From Octopus vulgaris (taxonomy: Eukaryota): 64,000 nt of DNA. Below are positions 1-13,029 of the stretch, piece by piece. How positions within the stretch are numbered: the first letter of the stretch is position 1; every line of letters starts with the position of its first letter. The notes under the pieces are model-generated. The model made no database searches, was not told where the DNA came from, and worked only from the letters and a program-made list of their open reading frames with translations. The stretch covers positions 89,590,001 to 89,654,000 of the forward strand of contig OX597820.1 in NCBI GenBank assembly GCA_951406725.2, in the 5' to 3' direction. Position numbers and translations under genes: made by a program.

Positions 1-347
1 CGACTTTGCCTTTCATCCTTTTGGGGTCGATAAATTAAGTACCAGTTACGCACAGAGGCCGATGAAATCGTCTTAATCTCTTTGTCTGTCCTTGTTTGTC
101 CCCTCTATGTTTAGCCCCTTCTGAGCAATAAAGAAATAAGAAGCGTTAGTACGCCGGACTAGATGCTTCACAGCATTTTGTCCATTTTACGTTCTGAGTT
201 CAAATTTCGCGAAGGTCAACTTTGCTTTTCATTCTTTCGGAGTTGATAAATTAAGTACCAGTAAAGTACTGTGGTCGATATGATTGACTTACCTCCTCCC
301 CCAAATTTCTGGCCTTTTGCCCACATTAGAAATGATTATTATTATTA
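1..347 (+). mobile_element. Two tandem partial copies of tRNA-derived SINE (family A)
   Basis: Both carry the core gactttgcctttcatcctt..ggggtcgataaattaagtaccag, which recurs more than 10 times in the window. B-box-like gagttcaaat at ~196; (ATT)n tail at 333-347. Confidence 0.85.
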
Positions 348-520
348 TTTTGGTTTGCCTCATGTTCGGTATTATTCCTGGGAGGGTTTACATGGGTAGC
401 AGATTACAACCTATAATTTTAGGTGTCAAGTTTTCAGCTACTTTTCAAGTGCTTAGAACCCTCCTGACAATCCTGGCTGTCCCTAAGAGACAAACGTTTT
501 GTTGGAGCTCTACCGGACAT
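348..520 (-). mobile_element. 3' end of an R4/Dong-like (RLE) non-LTR retrotransposon
   Basis: Minus strand reads ELQ..VCLLGTARIVRRVLST*, the typical R4/Dong C-terminus (QKxxLLGTAxIxRxVL). Flanked on both sides by (TAA)n. Confidence 0.7.
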
Positions 521-545
521 TCTATTATTATTATTATCATTATTA

Positions 546-710
546 AGACGGCAAGCTGGCAGAATCGATAGCACGCCGGGCGAAATGCTTAGCGGTATTT
601 CGTCTGCCGTTACGCTCTGAGTTCAAATTCCGCCGAAGTCGACTTTGCCTTTCATCCTTTTGGGGTCGATAAATTAAGTACCCGTTACGCATCGGGGTCG
701 ATATAACATA
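546..710 (+). mobile_element. SINE family A, 3'-truncated
   Basis: gacggcaagctggcagaatcgatagcacgccgggcgaaatgcttagcgg...gagttcaaattccgccgaagtcgactttgcc head and core. Confidence 0.9.
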
Positions 711-3700
711 TTGCAGCGATTCAACTTCTGAAGTCAGGCCAAAAACCATCAACTTTGAAGACAGTCACCAAGTATGAATGGTCTACCGTATCGAATGCTT
801 TTGACTGATCTAAATTGACCTGGGCCCAACCCATACCAGGTTACTTAACAACACTCTCTATGTTGTCTCGAGTGAGTTAGAGGCTGTTGTAGACTAATAG
901 GTTTTAGTTGGGCACATGTCTGTGTCTCACCTACCAGACTATCAACAGATGCCAACGTCATAGCTAACAGCTTGGTCAAAATCTTCAACACTGCATTTAG
1001 CAAAGTTACAGGTCTGAAGTTTTTAAAATCTTTCTAATTCTTCGGGTCTCTCCTCAGCAAATCTGTTTTCTCAAGACTGGAATTCTTCTGTTCTGCTTCG
1101 AGTTCCATTAGACATCTTCTAAAAGCATCGTGAACAAGTTTGGCATATGCAGATAAGAGTGTAGGACAGACCATCCAGCCCCAGTGACGTCTCCCTTGTG
1201 CAGCCAGCAATCAATTCCTGTACCTTTTAAACCGTTACCGGCCTTTTGTAGAACTCTACATCACTAGATAGGCAGTAATGTCCACACACATCTCGGGTTC
1301 ACTGTCCGCCTGAAACAGTTGAGCGAAGTGCCACTGGAAAACTGCACACATCTACTCGGAATCGAGTTACACGCTTCCTTCGCAGCTGAAACAGTGAATT
1401 CTTGGTTTGTTGCCACTTTGCGCCTCCGCCATTTGGGCCCATCGATTGTCTTTCGCTTCCTCATGCCTCAGATCGCATGCCCTAGCTGACAAAGGAATCT
1501 TCGCGCTTAGCCTTGAAGAATCTGTCAAGGACCAATCTCAGCGCTGGCAGGTCAGCATTTTATAAATGCTTCTTCTAGATTGCTAAGTATTTCCCCTCTA
1601 ATATAGAATACTATACCATTATTTCCCTACTGGACGTAATCGACTCTAATAGTCGATACCTGCAAGTTTGCTGGACTTTTCTACCCCACCTCCTATCAGC
1701 TCGATCCATACAATCCAGATGTGCATCCTAGATAATGTTACGACCTTTTATTATAACTAAAGATCAGGACATTTTCAGGAAAACTGATAAATGCCTTTAA
1801 AAATCCGACCACATGCCCCAACTGGGGCATAAATGGTGTCTAGTCTAAAGGTGCCATCTTCGCTACAGTTGATGCTCAGGATCACCACTTACCATCCAGT
1901 TTCAGGACGACAGAGAATATTTAGGGTCACAATCCTTTCAGAAACAAAACCAACATCCCGACACCCCATTACGGGCGAAGTAAGAGATGTGATGATCTCA
2001 AAATCATCAAATATAGGAGCTAAGGTGTGTATGTAGGAAATCCCACACTTACCGATAGCTATCACATTAAAACTTAGCGATCTGAATTGAGCAAGCAAGC
2101 AACTCTGTTTCCATGGAGACTCCAGGTTATGTGCCTTTGTACACCCAATCACTGAAATGTTGGTAGAGAGAGAAGGATGAGAAAAGTAAAGGCTTATTTA
2201 CATATTTATCTGTCCCGTAGACCGGGAAATTTCGAAGTTCTTTTAAGAGTTCCTACGGGAGTATATTGCTGAACTTGATGATGGGGCTTCCCATATGCCT
2301 GGGGAAATTATACCGCAATACTAATTTCTCCGATTCCAATCATTGTAATTTCAAAATTTTAGTATTTTGAAAGTGTTGAATCTGAAGAGATCCCCTCCCA
2401 TTTCATCGTTTTCTTTTTATGCGATGGAGAGCATCAGTTTCTATTCCATCACTTCATCAGCTCAAAGTTTTTATGAGATGTGCATATTTTCTTTATTTTG
2501 CTGTTATAATTTTGGTGCTGCTGCCTGTGTGTATTTACCTTTTATTGAAGTGAGTGTTGGTGCTAACGATAGCTAAGTTGTTGTGGGTTTGTCTGTGTTT
2601 TGTGTGGGTGTGGTTTTAGTTACTCTATAATGATAAAATGATTGGGACGTCTGGTTAATGCGGGTCTAGCTTTTTAAAAGATTTATTGCGTGTTTTACTT
2701 TATTTTTGTTCCTTACTTGGCGGCCCTCTTCTCCCTGCAATATAAGATTTTCAGATCGGAATTATAAAATGAGGCTATGTGACGAAGTATGTCTTCCTGT
2801 GTGATTATGTGTATGTTTGAAAGTGTGGGGAGAGAGGGAGAGTAAAAAGGAGGAGTTCGGTTGGAGATTTTCCATAGTGGCGGGTTTGGTTGTTGTTATC
2901 AGTGTCCTTTTTCTGTTGTTGTTGTTCTTGCTATTGTCCTTATTCTCTTCGCTGTTGTTGTTGCTACTGCTACTGTTATTGAGTGCTGATGCTGTTGAGA
3001 CATGTAGTATCAGCAGTAATGGGAACCTCCTCTTCCATCTTCTCGTTGAGGCCAGAAAGATCTGAAGTGGTCTTCCATATCACACAATTGGCCACTTGGC
3101 CTTCTACCCTCAAGTCAAACAAGAAACTCCACTCCATCTGTCAGGTAAATAAGTTTTGGAATCTATTCCATATCCTCCAGTTCTGTCTAAAGGACGATAT
3201 TCGTTGTGGTCCCAGAACAAATTCCCTTTCCTTTGGTTTTACGTTGTCCTTCAAAGCAACGAAAGACGACCGCCACCGGATATGCGACTTTGATGGAATT
3301 CTATTTTAATGCCACAGATTCTTCTCTTTAAAAATCTTTGGCTGAGAGTAAGTTTCTTGTATGACACGAGAACTATGACGTGCTGCATCTCAAGAGCATC
3401 TGACTTCAAGAAGTCTTCTGCGATCTCGAAACGCCTTACCCTGGTTACATGATCTATATAGGCCCATATTACTTTGAGGGCTCTTTACATCTGGGCTTGT
3501 GTTGTTGCTTCTAGGCATCGGGTTTTATCGATATAAGGCGACACGTCACCGTCATCCGGATAGTTGTTGTCAAAACCTCTGCTATGACAGCAACTTGTGC
3601 TTGCTTTCCATTCACTTTCCCAAGTTGTTTTGCCTGCCTTCGTGTCGTCCAGAGAGAAGGAAAAATATTGTGTTGATTTGGTGACCATTCCAGGAAAAGA

Positions 3701-4170
3701 TTGTCTGCCCATAACATCACCCACATCCATTATTTAATTGATATCATTGTTCTTCTTGATACAACTGATATAGTTTCTACTTTTGTTGTCATTTATCTCA
3801 CGGTTGTTGTTTTTGTTGCTGGTGTCGTTGTTGCTTTCATTGTTAAAAAAGTTGTCCTTACGTTGTCGGTATCATTTCTGCCATCACTATTTCCATTACG
3901 TGTTCTTCTCGTACGAATAGTTGGTAGCTATTTCAGAATTTCCTGCTACCGTTTTGTTGAATCGTCTTTTGGACATTACCGACTCCATAATTCCAACCGC
4001 ATAAAAAGCTGATAAGAGCGATTAAAATTATATAAAAATGATCCCCTAAGGGACACAATTTGTTAATCCTTATTTTCACAAATTGACATAGGAGACCTTC
4101 CGCAAAATTTTAACTAAAATTAGCTCCAGTAAGTGAATTTTTTTCCAAAGAAATGCTTGAAGTCTCCAGG
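711..4170 (-). mobile_element. Decayed Tx1/L1-clade LINE (ORF1 with zinc-knuckle remnant, APE endonuclease, N-terminal part of RT)
   Basis: Minus-strand translations: NLDQSKAFDTVDHSYL..FKVDGFWPDF (~730-820), FRPVTLLNAVLKILTKLLA (~960-1020), SLGLDGL (~1165-1190), APE-like start in ORF 1889..2152, and EGRRPSGQLCDMEDHFRSFWP (decayed CCHC, ~3050-3115). Many stops and frameshifts. Confidence 0.8.
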
Positions 4171-4194
4171 AGCACAACAACAACAATAATAATT

Positions 4195-4400
4195 CTAATT
4201 ATGGTACAAGGAAGCAATTTATAGGAGAAATTACATCGGTCCCACTGCTCAAGTGCAAATTATCTTATCAGCCCCGAAAAGATGACAGACTTCGAAGGAT
4301 TTTAATAAAGATCCGGAAGAAATGCCATTAAATGCTTTATCCGAGGCGTTAAAGATTCTGTCAGTTAACCGCCTTAATAATAATAATAATAATAATAATA
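4195..4400 (-). mobile_element. SINE family A, diverged
   Basis: Reverse-complement similarity to the 546-710 copy; (TAA)n flank. Confidence 0.65.
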
Positions 4401-4857
4401 ACGACGACGATGGCGATGACGATGATGATGTTGATAATGATGATAACCAAAAATAACCATAGTTTTCCTTCTCGTCGTCATCTTCCCTCTCTTACAACTA
4501 CCTGTCATAGATGCAAAGCCACATATAATTTTGGTAGATCAAAATGGATTTAACCCTTCTCCCTTGTACACAACTTCTACCTCTATAACTAAGTGAGGCT
4601 GCAATTGAGACCAAAACCTGAAACTAAATCTCCTAAGTTGTTTTCACCCTGCTATCCAGTATCAGCCCTATTCAAAATCATTAGAATGATACTCATTAAG
4701 GGACGAACGAATCATAACTTTTGTTGCCGTCGACTTCTTACAACATACATTGCTGGATATTTTAGTGTTGATATTCTTTCAATTCATAATGCCAATCCGT
4801 GTTTAAAAGTTGAAATATGTTTCATCGCAATGATCTACAATCTGTAATTGTGCTCAA

Positions 4858-4898
4858 CTGACGAGGTTTAATAATTCCGAAACAAATCTGGAATTGTC
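4858..4898 (+). ncRNA. Hammerhead ribozyme core (type I layout, stem I decayed)
   Basis: CTGACGA 4858-4864, GG/CC stem II, GAAA 4879-4882, near-palindromic stem III acaaatctggaattgt, GTC 4896-4898. Confidence 0.55.
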
Positions 4899-6679
4899 GC
4901 CATAACTTTCAATGTTAAGACACACTCCCCCATTACATTCTATTTTTAATTGATTTTAAATCATTTCATTCTCATAGGCTGGTTCCTTTGTCTCTCTAGA
5001 GTCAATTTATTGATAATATTTCTTTTGGAAAAGAGTGAAACTTGTATTCATTACATTGTTTCTGGATCTGTTCATTAACTTCACGAAAATTTAATATTTG
5101 AAAACCTGACAGACCTATGAGACAGACAACATATTTAAAAATACCTTACGGTACGAATAATGTAATTATGAGCATAGAAATATATCAAGATGATGATAAT
5201 AATGTCGGCAGTGGTGGTGGCTTTTAGAAGAGATAGGAAAATAATAAAAATGGCTGTTCCTGTTTTACAGTTTCGTTTTGATTACCAAGAATTACCTAAT
5301 TTATATGCAATAGAAAATAAAACCAATTCCCGAAGCTATTTTTTTCTGATTTCTTTTTCTTCTCCACGACAAATGATCAGTGCAGATTGGAAACTGTTCA
5401 GTGGTTTGAAATTTATTTGAATATAGTTAAATTTTTCTGCTTTGTCGAGGTAAATATAATTTTACTTTCTTTGTACAATGTTTAATATTAATTATTTCTA
5501 TATACTTTGGACTGAAAAACTGGGATTAGTTTTAGAACAATGATTGCCTTTTACAGATGTGAACAGAGGAAATTCATTACTAAAAAAGTTTCTTTCAAGA
5601 AAATTAAAAAAAAAAATTAGATTTAATATTTTGTATAAAATACACGAACAAAAATAATTATTACCGAGAAATGTTGTCGCACTCTTTGTAAAGGATATTA
5701 CAATTGTCTGAGAATAGCAAGGAATATTAAAAAGTAAGTAATTAATTTTATTTATTCAAATTATTTCTGAAATTAATGCAACAGAATTTAACATTATTAA
5801 AGAATAGTCTCAATTTCTTCGCGAATTGTTTGACTATATTTTATGTATTCTGTTCATATGCATTAGAAAGAGATAGATGATAGCGAAAAACTAAGAGAAA
5901 AAGAAATTGATTCCATACAATAATTCTACCTCAGTCTTCCACTTTATTTGTGAAACACAGAAGTTTCAACCTTGTTGATAATTATCCGAATTAAAATGTA
6001 ATTCTTGTCGTTGTGAGGGTAAAAAATTAAGTGAACCTGCCTATATTCTGAATGGGGATTTAAATGATTTCCCTTACACTACTCAAAAAAGGAATCGATT
6101 TATTTGAGACAATATGAAGCTATTATCAAATGAGGAATATATTATTGTTGGTAAAGCGGTGAAATAACGGTGAAGGGAGTGAAAGGAGCACCGCGTTGTT
6201 GCAATTAATTGCAGATTTAGCTCTATAATAAATAGTTTACTTTCCGCTTATTCGCGAAATGAATGCCAGAAATATCTGAGGTAGGAATAGCAGAAAAAAA
6301 TATACATGCTAGTACTTGACAGGTAGTCTATTTTATCGTCCCTGGAAGGATAAATGGCAAAGCTGATCTCTGTGAGTTCTGGACGTGAAGAGTTGGAACA
6401 AACACTGCAAGGCTTTTCGTTCAATGTTCTAAGAATTTTACCCATTTACCACGTTTAATAAATGTTTCTTACATAGATACAATGCCTGAAACTTGAGGAG
6501 AGGAAAGTGTGAATTATATAAACTCTAGTAGTTTGCAGGAACTTTATTGTCAGGACCCGAAAAAATAAAATGCGAGGTTCATCTGGGTGGAATATGAGAA
6601 GGACAAATACAGCATAGCATTTTCTCCAATCCATCACCCACTCTACAGGAAAAATGGTTTCTAATTTAGGCATACAGGG

Positions 6680-7050
6680 CAATAATTTTGAAAAGAGGAA
6701 GCTTACTCGATATCATAGACGTCAGTACTGGAGCTTATTTTATCGACCCCTGATGGATCAAAGCTAAGGTTGAACTCGGTAGGATTTGAACTCAGAACAT
6801 AAAGGCCCGGACGAAATACTGCAAGGCATCTTTTGCTGACGTTCTAATGATTCGGTTAGCTTGTTGTCTTTACTCCTCAGCAAATATTTTGAGCATTCAT
6901 AATTACAGAAAAAAAAATCGTTTCCACCGAAATCAACTTTACTTTTTAACGTTTCGCGGTCAATAAATTAAGTACCAGCTGAACCCTGGGGCCGGTGTGA
7001 TTGACAAATATTCTCCACTCAAATATTACGGGCCTTGTGCCAAAATAAAT
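6680..7050. mobile_element. Two diverged family A SINE copies (minus 6680-6875, plus 6920-7050)
   Basis: tttatcgacccc...atttgaactcagaac on minus; aaattaagtaccag on plus. Confidence 0.7.
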
Positions 7051-7184
7051 TTGTAATACAAGGAAAGAAATCACTAACCATTCTCAAGAGTAAAAACAAA
7101 ACAAAACAAGTACCTAAAGGAGGATCTTAGCATCTGGATCAAAGAAAAGCAAAGTCTAGTTGGGAATATTTCACTTTGTTTTTG

Positions 7185-7420
7185 AGAATTTTATCTTCTT
7201 GCTTCAGAGATTAGACTCTGACCATGCGAGGGCACCACCTTGAAGGGTATCAGTCGGACAACTAGACCCCAGTACTTATTCGTCTACGTCAGGTACTTAT
7301 TCTATCATTTTCTGAAGCCGAAACTCTACGTTACAAGGGTGTAAACAAACCACTACTGGTTGTCAAGCGATGGTGAGGGATAAACACAAAGACACATACA
7401 CACACTCACACACAGACACA
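7185..7420 (-). mobile_element. SINE family B, 3' half
   Basis: Reverse complement of the 11450-11650 segment (ttgtcaagcgatggtg, tacttattctatc). Confidence 0.7.
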
Positions 7421-7424
7421 TATA

Positions 7425-7609
7425 TATCCGGAACGACGTAAAAACGGATGAAATGCTTGGCGGAGTTTCGGTTATCATTACATTCTGAGTTCAAATTCCA
7501 CCTAGGTCAACTTCTTTCATCCTTTCAGGATCGGGGAAAATATCTACCAGTTGAGCACAAGGGTCGGCTTAACCAACTAGCTTCTTCCTCCAAAATGTCA
7601 GCCCTTGTA
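7425..7609 (+). mobile_element. SINE family A, interrupted by the 7612-7995 SINE
   Basis: ttctgagttcaaattccacctaggtcaac core; the tail resumes at ~7998-8025. Confidence 0.7.
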
Positions 7610-7611
7610 TA

Positions 7612-7995
7612 TAGGAGCACTCCGTCGGTTGCGACGATGAGGGTCCCAGCTGATACGATCAACGGAACAGCTTGCTCGTGATATTAACGTGCAAGTGGCT
7701 GAGCACTCCACAGACACGTGTACCCTTAACGTAGTTCTCGAGGAGATTCAGCGTGACACAGATTGTGACAAGGCTGGCCCTTTGAAATACAGGTACAAGA
7801 GAAACAGGAAGAAAGAGCGAGAGAAAGTTGTGGTGAAAGAGTACAGCAGGGTTCACCACCATCCCCTGCCGGAGCCTCGTGGAGCTTTAGGTGTTTTCGC
7901 TCAATAAACACTCACAATGCCCGGTCTGGGATTCGAAACGGCGATCCTCGGACCGCGAGTCCGCTGCCCTAACCACTGGGCCATTGCGCCTCCAC
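7612..7995 (-). mobile_element. Full-length tRNA-derived SINE (family C, tRNA-Arg-like head)
   Basis: Minus 5' end ggaggcgcaatggcccagtggttagggcagcggactcgcggtccgaggatcgccgtttcgaatcccagaccggg has A and B boxes. 12-bp target-site duplication tcagcccttgta (7598-7609) / tcagtccttgta (7998-8009). Confidence 0.85.
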
Positions 7996-8384
7996 CTTCA
8001 GTCCTTGTACCTATTGTGGAATGGAATATTTACTTTACGTTTCGTTTGATTTTTTTTTTCTTATTATCATTTTCCCCCTTCATTGAGGTGTACATAGTAG
8101 CAGGCTGTATTAGAACTAGGAATCTTCTGTTTACCCACTCCGCAGTTCTATTTACTCACGTAGTTTAGTTTACAAATAAAGTCTCCGAGTTCGAATTTTG
8201 TCAGATATTATGTAGATAACAACGAATAACAAACCGTAAATAAATCTTAGAGATCAATGTACGGTATCTCAGAGGACATTAATAATCTCATAGTTAAGAT
8301 CATTTTTGAGAAATGATCGCTATTCTATCTTTTGCAATGCTAAATGATTTTAAGCGATGATGTGGAATATATAATTATTTCGAA

Positions 8385-8600
8385 TTTATGCACAAAACCA
8401 ACAATGCTCGTGTTGGAGGAAAGTTTATCGGTTATATCGACCTCAGTACTTGACTTGTACTTTATGTTATCGACCCCGGCGGGATGAAAGGCAAAGATAA
8501 CGTCGGCGAGATTTGAAGTGTGTATTTAAAGAATCGGAACAAATATGGCAAGTATTTTGTCCGATGCTTTAACGATTCTGCCAATCCACCGCTCTAATGT
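8385..8600 (-). mobile_element. SINE family A
   Basis: ttatcgaccccggcgggatgaaaggcaaag is the reverse complement of the core. Confidence 0.8.
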
Positions 8601-9859
8601 CAAATACTTAATGCTAGGAATATAAAAGAATGCATAATGTATTACATACTGCCCTATAAACTCAACTTACCGTCAACATCAAACACTTTGAAAGAAAAGA
8701 AAACGAAAAGAACAAACACGTATATATTCGTTTGACGGAAACTCTACTATAGTTCAACATATTACGAGAACACGTTTAATATCCATTATGCAGAATTTCT
8801 TTTGAAAATTTGATGGAGTAAACATATTAAACTTAGGGAGGTTTATAAGTTTTGAATAGCACCCAGTATTGATGTGTCAGTTATATATTTATATATTCCA
8901 AAACGACTCATACTAAGATTAGAATATTAAGTATATGTTATTTTCTGACTCTGAAGCTACATTTTGTTAAGTATATCTGTTCATGTTGATATATGTGATA
9001 TCAAATATGTGATTAAATGTACTATGTTCAGTTTGTTGAGCTTTTGAATAATAAGATTGGGTCAATGAAATAGCAGTAAGTATACTTCTTTTATATGTAC
9101 TCTCAAAAAAGAAAAAAAGTAAAAGAATATTATTGGACAATACAAGTCAGTCAGATGCTGCGACAGAGAGTGCTTTTCTCTTTTCAGTGAGGGGAACTAG
9201 AAACTTTTGTGGTGGGTTAATCATAACCTGATATGAAACACCAATCACCGTTATTATCTATTTGATGAAATAGCAAGATAACAAGCTAAAATTAAGAATA
9301 CATTACTGAAGTAAATGATTTACAATATTTAGTAAAGGGATACAATCGGAGTAAACTAAAGATAATCTGCATTGACAAAAGCTACAAAAAATCAAACGCC
9401 AGAATATGTATTTAAGGCGTGCGGATACAGAGAACGTCTGAGTATCTGCTGAACTTTTCGCCCAGATAGGTTAGACATCTTTTCGTCTCGGCATAGAAAT
9501 ATGTTCCATTGCTTAAATTTATAGCAATATTCAGTATTTATTTTCTAGGTTCAAATTCAGGTAAAAAAAATCATAGATTTTAGTTTCACTGACACAGGGC
9601 TTGTATTATTATTTTTGTATAAGGACTTCAGAAGTATGACAAGAATATAATAAGAAGAATTAGTAATTAGAATTTCAAAGGCTAGTGAGTAAAATAACAT
9701 AGGTCAAAGTGAAAATGGATTTACGGACGCCATTTTTTTTCGGAATATAAAGGACGAGAATAATTATTGGACACAAACGTCAATTACGAGTCTCTTGATA
9801 AACACTAGGAGGTAATCTTCGCCTGTCTATCGTAATTACAAGCCTTACTTTTATTAAGG

Positions 9860-9862
9860 TAT

Positions 9863-9936
<74 letters not shown>

Positions 9937-10455
9937 GTGTGTATGTGTGTATATATATGCGTGTGTTTATGTATATGTGAGTGTGTGTATATATGGGTGT
10001 GTGTTTATATATATATATATGTGCGTTTATGTATATATGTGTATATGTATATATATGTATATATGTGTGTGTTTATACATATGTATGTGTGTATTTATAT
10101 ATATATATATATGTATGCGCTTCCGTGCATGTATGTATGTGTGTGTATATATAAGTATGTGTGTGTATATACATATGAATTGTATATATATGTATGTGTG
10201 TATATACATGTGTGTATATATATGTATGTGTGTATATATATGCATGTGTGCCTATATATATGTACTTATGTATATATAAATATATATATATATATATACG
10301 TATGTGTATACATAAGTATATATATATATACACATATGTATACGCATGCACATATATATGTATATATGTGTATACGTGTGCATATATATGTACGTATATT
10401 TGTAAATGTGTGTGTATCTATCTATCTCTATCTCTCTCTCTCTCATATATATAAA
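9860..10455. repeat. Compound (CA)n/(TA)n/(TG)n microsatellite
   Basis: Directly visible dinucleotide tracts. Confidence 0.95.
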
Positions 10456-11225
10456 CTACTTTTCTGTATACTTTTCTACTAACACATACTAAAACCTGTA
10501 GGCTTTAGGTAGAGAACTGGAAACTTTGAAAACAGAGTAACTAAGAATTAAGATTGTGGCATTTTGGAGTTTAGGATGCCCGTAGCTTCTTTCCAACTAT
10601 TTACTTACCTTGGGAATAATTTATTGAGAGATGAGTTACTTCAGCTTATTGCGATTTGTATTGCATGATACTTGAAGCTACGGGAAAGGCAGACATATCT
10701 TCAGTTGTGGCATAATATTGTAATAGTTTTAAAGTTATATCGCCTTAATAAACTTCGAAAATTGACGGAATACCACAAACTGTTGCTAGGAGTAGTAGCA
10801 TCCATGTAATTTTACCCAGTATATATCTTCTATAGTATGTTATTGACATGAATCAATGGCGGGAACTTTCAATAGTCATTTCGATCTGCTAGAAATAACA
10901 GCTAACCTTAAACTCAATCCTTACTTTCTAAAAATAAGTCAAACGCATTCGATAATGGTGTTTTACACTTTGGCTGGTCACCAGCGAAGATCTTGAAGAT
11001 CTCATTCATTTGAATAAAACATGTCAGTGGAATCTTAGTGACATCTCTAGAAGCTGTGGTATAATAAACAACATTACAGAACGGTCACATGGAGAATATA
11101 CTTCATTAGATGTTCGCTTGTTTTGTGCTTAGATGGAGCTAAATATCAACCAGAACAACTGGCACATATTTCTCAATCTTCATAGGCTGAAAAGCAAAGT
11201 AAGTCTTAGTGGTATTTCAACATAT

Positions 11226-11391
11226 AGGCGCAGGAGTGGCTGTGTGGTAAGTAGCTTGTTTACCAACCACATGGTTCCGGGTTCAGTCCCACTACATGGC
11301 ACCTTGGACAAGTGTCTTCTACTATAGCCTCGGGCCGACCAAAGCCTTGTGAGTGGATTTGGTAGACGGAAACTGAAAGAAGCCTGTCGTA

Positions 11392-11422
<31 letters not shown>

Positions 11423-11650
11423 GCGTGTGTGTGTTTGTATATCTGTGTTTGTCCACCTAGCATTGCTTGACAACCGATACTGGTGTGTTTATGTCCCCGT
11501 TACTTAGCGGTTCGGCAAAAGAGACTGATAGAATAAGTACTGGGCTTAGAAAAGAATAAGTCCCGGGGTCGAGTTGCTCGATTAAAGGCGGTGCTCCAGC
11601 ATGGCCGCAGTCAAATGACTGAAACAAGTAAAAGAGTAAAAAAGAAAGAG
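11226..11650 (+). mobile_element. Full-length SINE family B with internal (TA)n(TG)n
   Basis: tRNA-like head ggcgcaggagtggctgtgtggtaagtagcttg...ggttcagtccca, body gagtggatttggtagacggaaactgaaagaag, tail gaaacaagtaaaagagtaaa. Homologous copies at 19000 and 52518. Confidence 0.9.
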
Positions 11651-11729
11651 TATACAACGTAGTACGTCAATTTGCTCAATAGACATTTTACCGATTCTGC
11701 TAGATCTGCTAACTATTAAAATTGACTTT

Positions 11730-11925
11730 AATATAGGCACAAGGCAACATTTTGTGAGGGGGCGTTAGCTAATTAAATCAAGTGAAATATTTGATTAGTT
11801 CATAATTCTATCGACCTTTGAAGAATTAGTGGCAAAGTTGACCTCGGCGAATTTGAACTTTGAGCGTAGAGAATGGTCGCAAGGCATTTATCCCACGCTC
11901 TAGCGATTCTACCGGTTCTACCGGC
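11730..11925 (-). mobile_element. SINE family A, diverged
   Basis: ggcaaagttgacctcggcgaatttgaact is the reverse complement of the core. Confidence 0.7.
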
Positions 11926-11969
11926 TCTACTATTATTTCTCATGGTAATCCTCATATATACATATATAT

Positions 11970-12998
11970 AATCCCAAAAGAGTTAGAGGTTGTTAATGCA
12001 ACCAACTAAGGGATAATATCTATCCAATATACTGCTGGTAGGAAATCCAATTATTAATACACAAGTGTTTTTTCTTTGCATGCCAATTACACTACTGAAT
12101 GTAATAAATGGGTGAGGGTAAAACAGATTTTTACCCTCAATTTATGCAGCAACAAGAAAATGGAGTCGATCAAGATGTGGTATTCATCAACTTTTAGACA
12201 TTATATTATGTCTATTTATTTGGTTTTGTAAAAAAAAACTTATAACAATATACATACAGGTATAGCATAATATGTTTTACATATACAATATATAAAAATA
12301 CCAGTAATTATTAAAGTATATAACGTAGATCACAAAATATAGGGTATCTTACAGTATACATACACATATAGTGTACTTATATATTTATGTACTCCTCATT
12401 TATATACCTTGTCATTCCTACATAACTACAATAATCTTAGGATATATTGTTTTTATAGTCCACTATTATTTCTTTTGATAACTTTCTCCTTCCTCTGTTT
12501 ATACTTTATCTAATAAGAATAATATAATACACCTAATAATAATAATAAGTTGATTCCTTTGTATGCATATACATATACATATGAATAAAGTGTTTTTGTA
12601 TGTTTATATGTATATATGTATATGTATAAGTGTGTATGTATTTGTATTTATAACTTAACCTTATGAACTTTCTAAATTCTCTGACGAAGCCCAGAGGCAC
12701 ACCCAAGTACCTTAATCTTATCTACCAAATAATTCAGGGATATAAGTAGATTGGGGTACTTTGGTCTCTTGCTGAAACGGCTGTAAGATATTATCCTATC
12801 TTTTGTGATCTACATTATATATTTTAATAGTCACAGGTATTTATATAAAATGTATATGTAAAGTATATTATACTATACATGTAAGTATATTGTTATAAGG
12901 TTTTTAAAAAACAAATTGAATATATAGACATGATATAATGTCTAAAAGTTGATGAATACCACCCTTTGATCCCTTCCATATTCTTATTGTTGTATACA
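11970..12998. mobile_element. Non-coding PLE-like element with hammerhead and inverted pseudo-LTR
   Basis: Inverted repeat 12145-12354 vs 12781-12995; HHR at 12678-12788; both ends abut (TA)n. Confidence 0.65.
12678..12788 (+). ncRNA. Type I hammerhead ribozyme with long stem II
   Basis: tct-CTGACGA (12681-87); stem II agc/gct with inner aagtacc/ggtactt and ttaatct/agattgg; GAAA 12774-77; stem III ac-ggct-gt; GTA cleavage triplet ending 12785; aga closes stem I. Confidence 0.8.
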
Positions 12999-13029
12999 TA
13001 TATATATATTTACCATATATATATTTACC

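Noticed and set aside
7915-7995. tRNA gene
   Set aside because: It is the head of a SINE with body, tail and target-site duplication; the acceptor stem is not intact.
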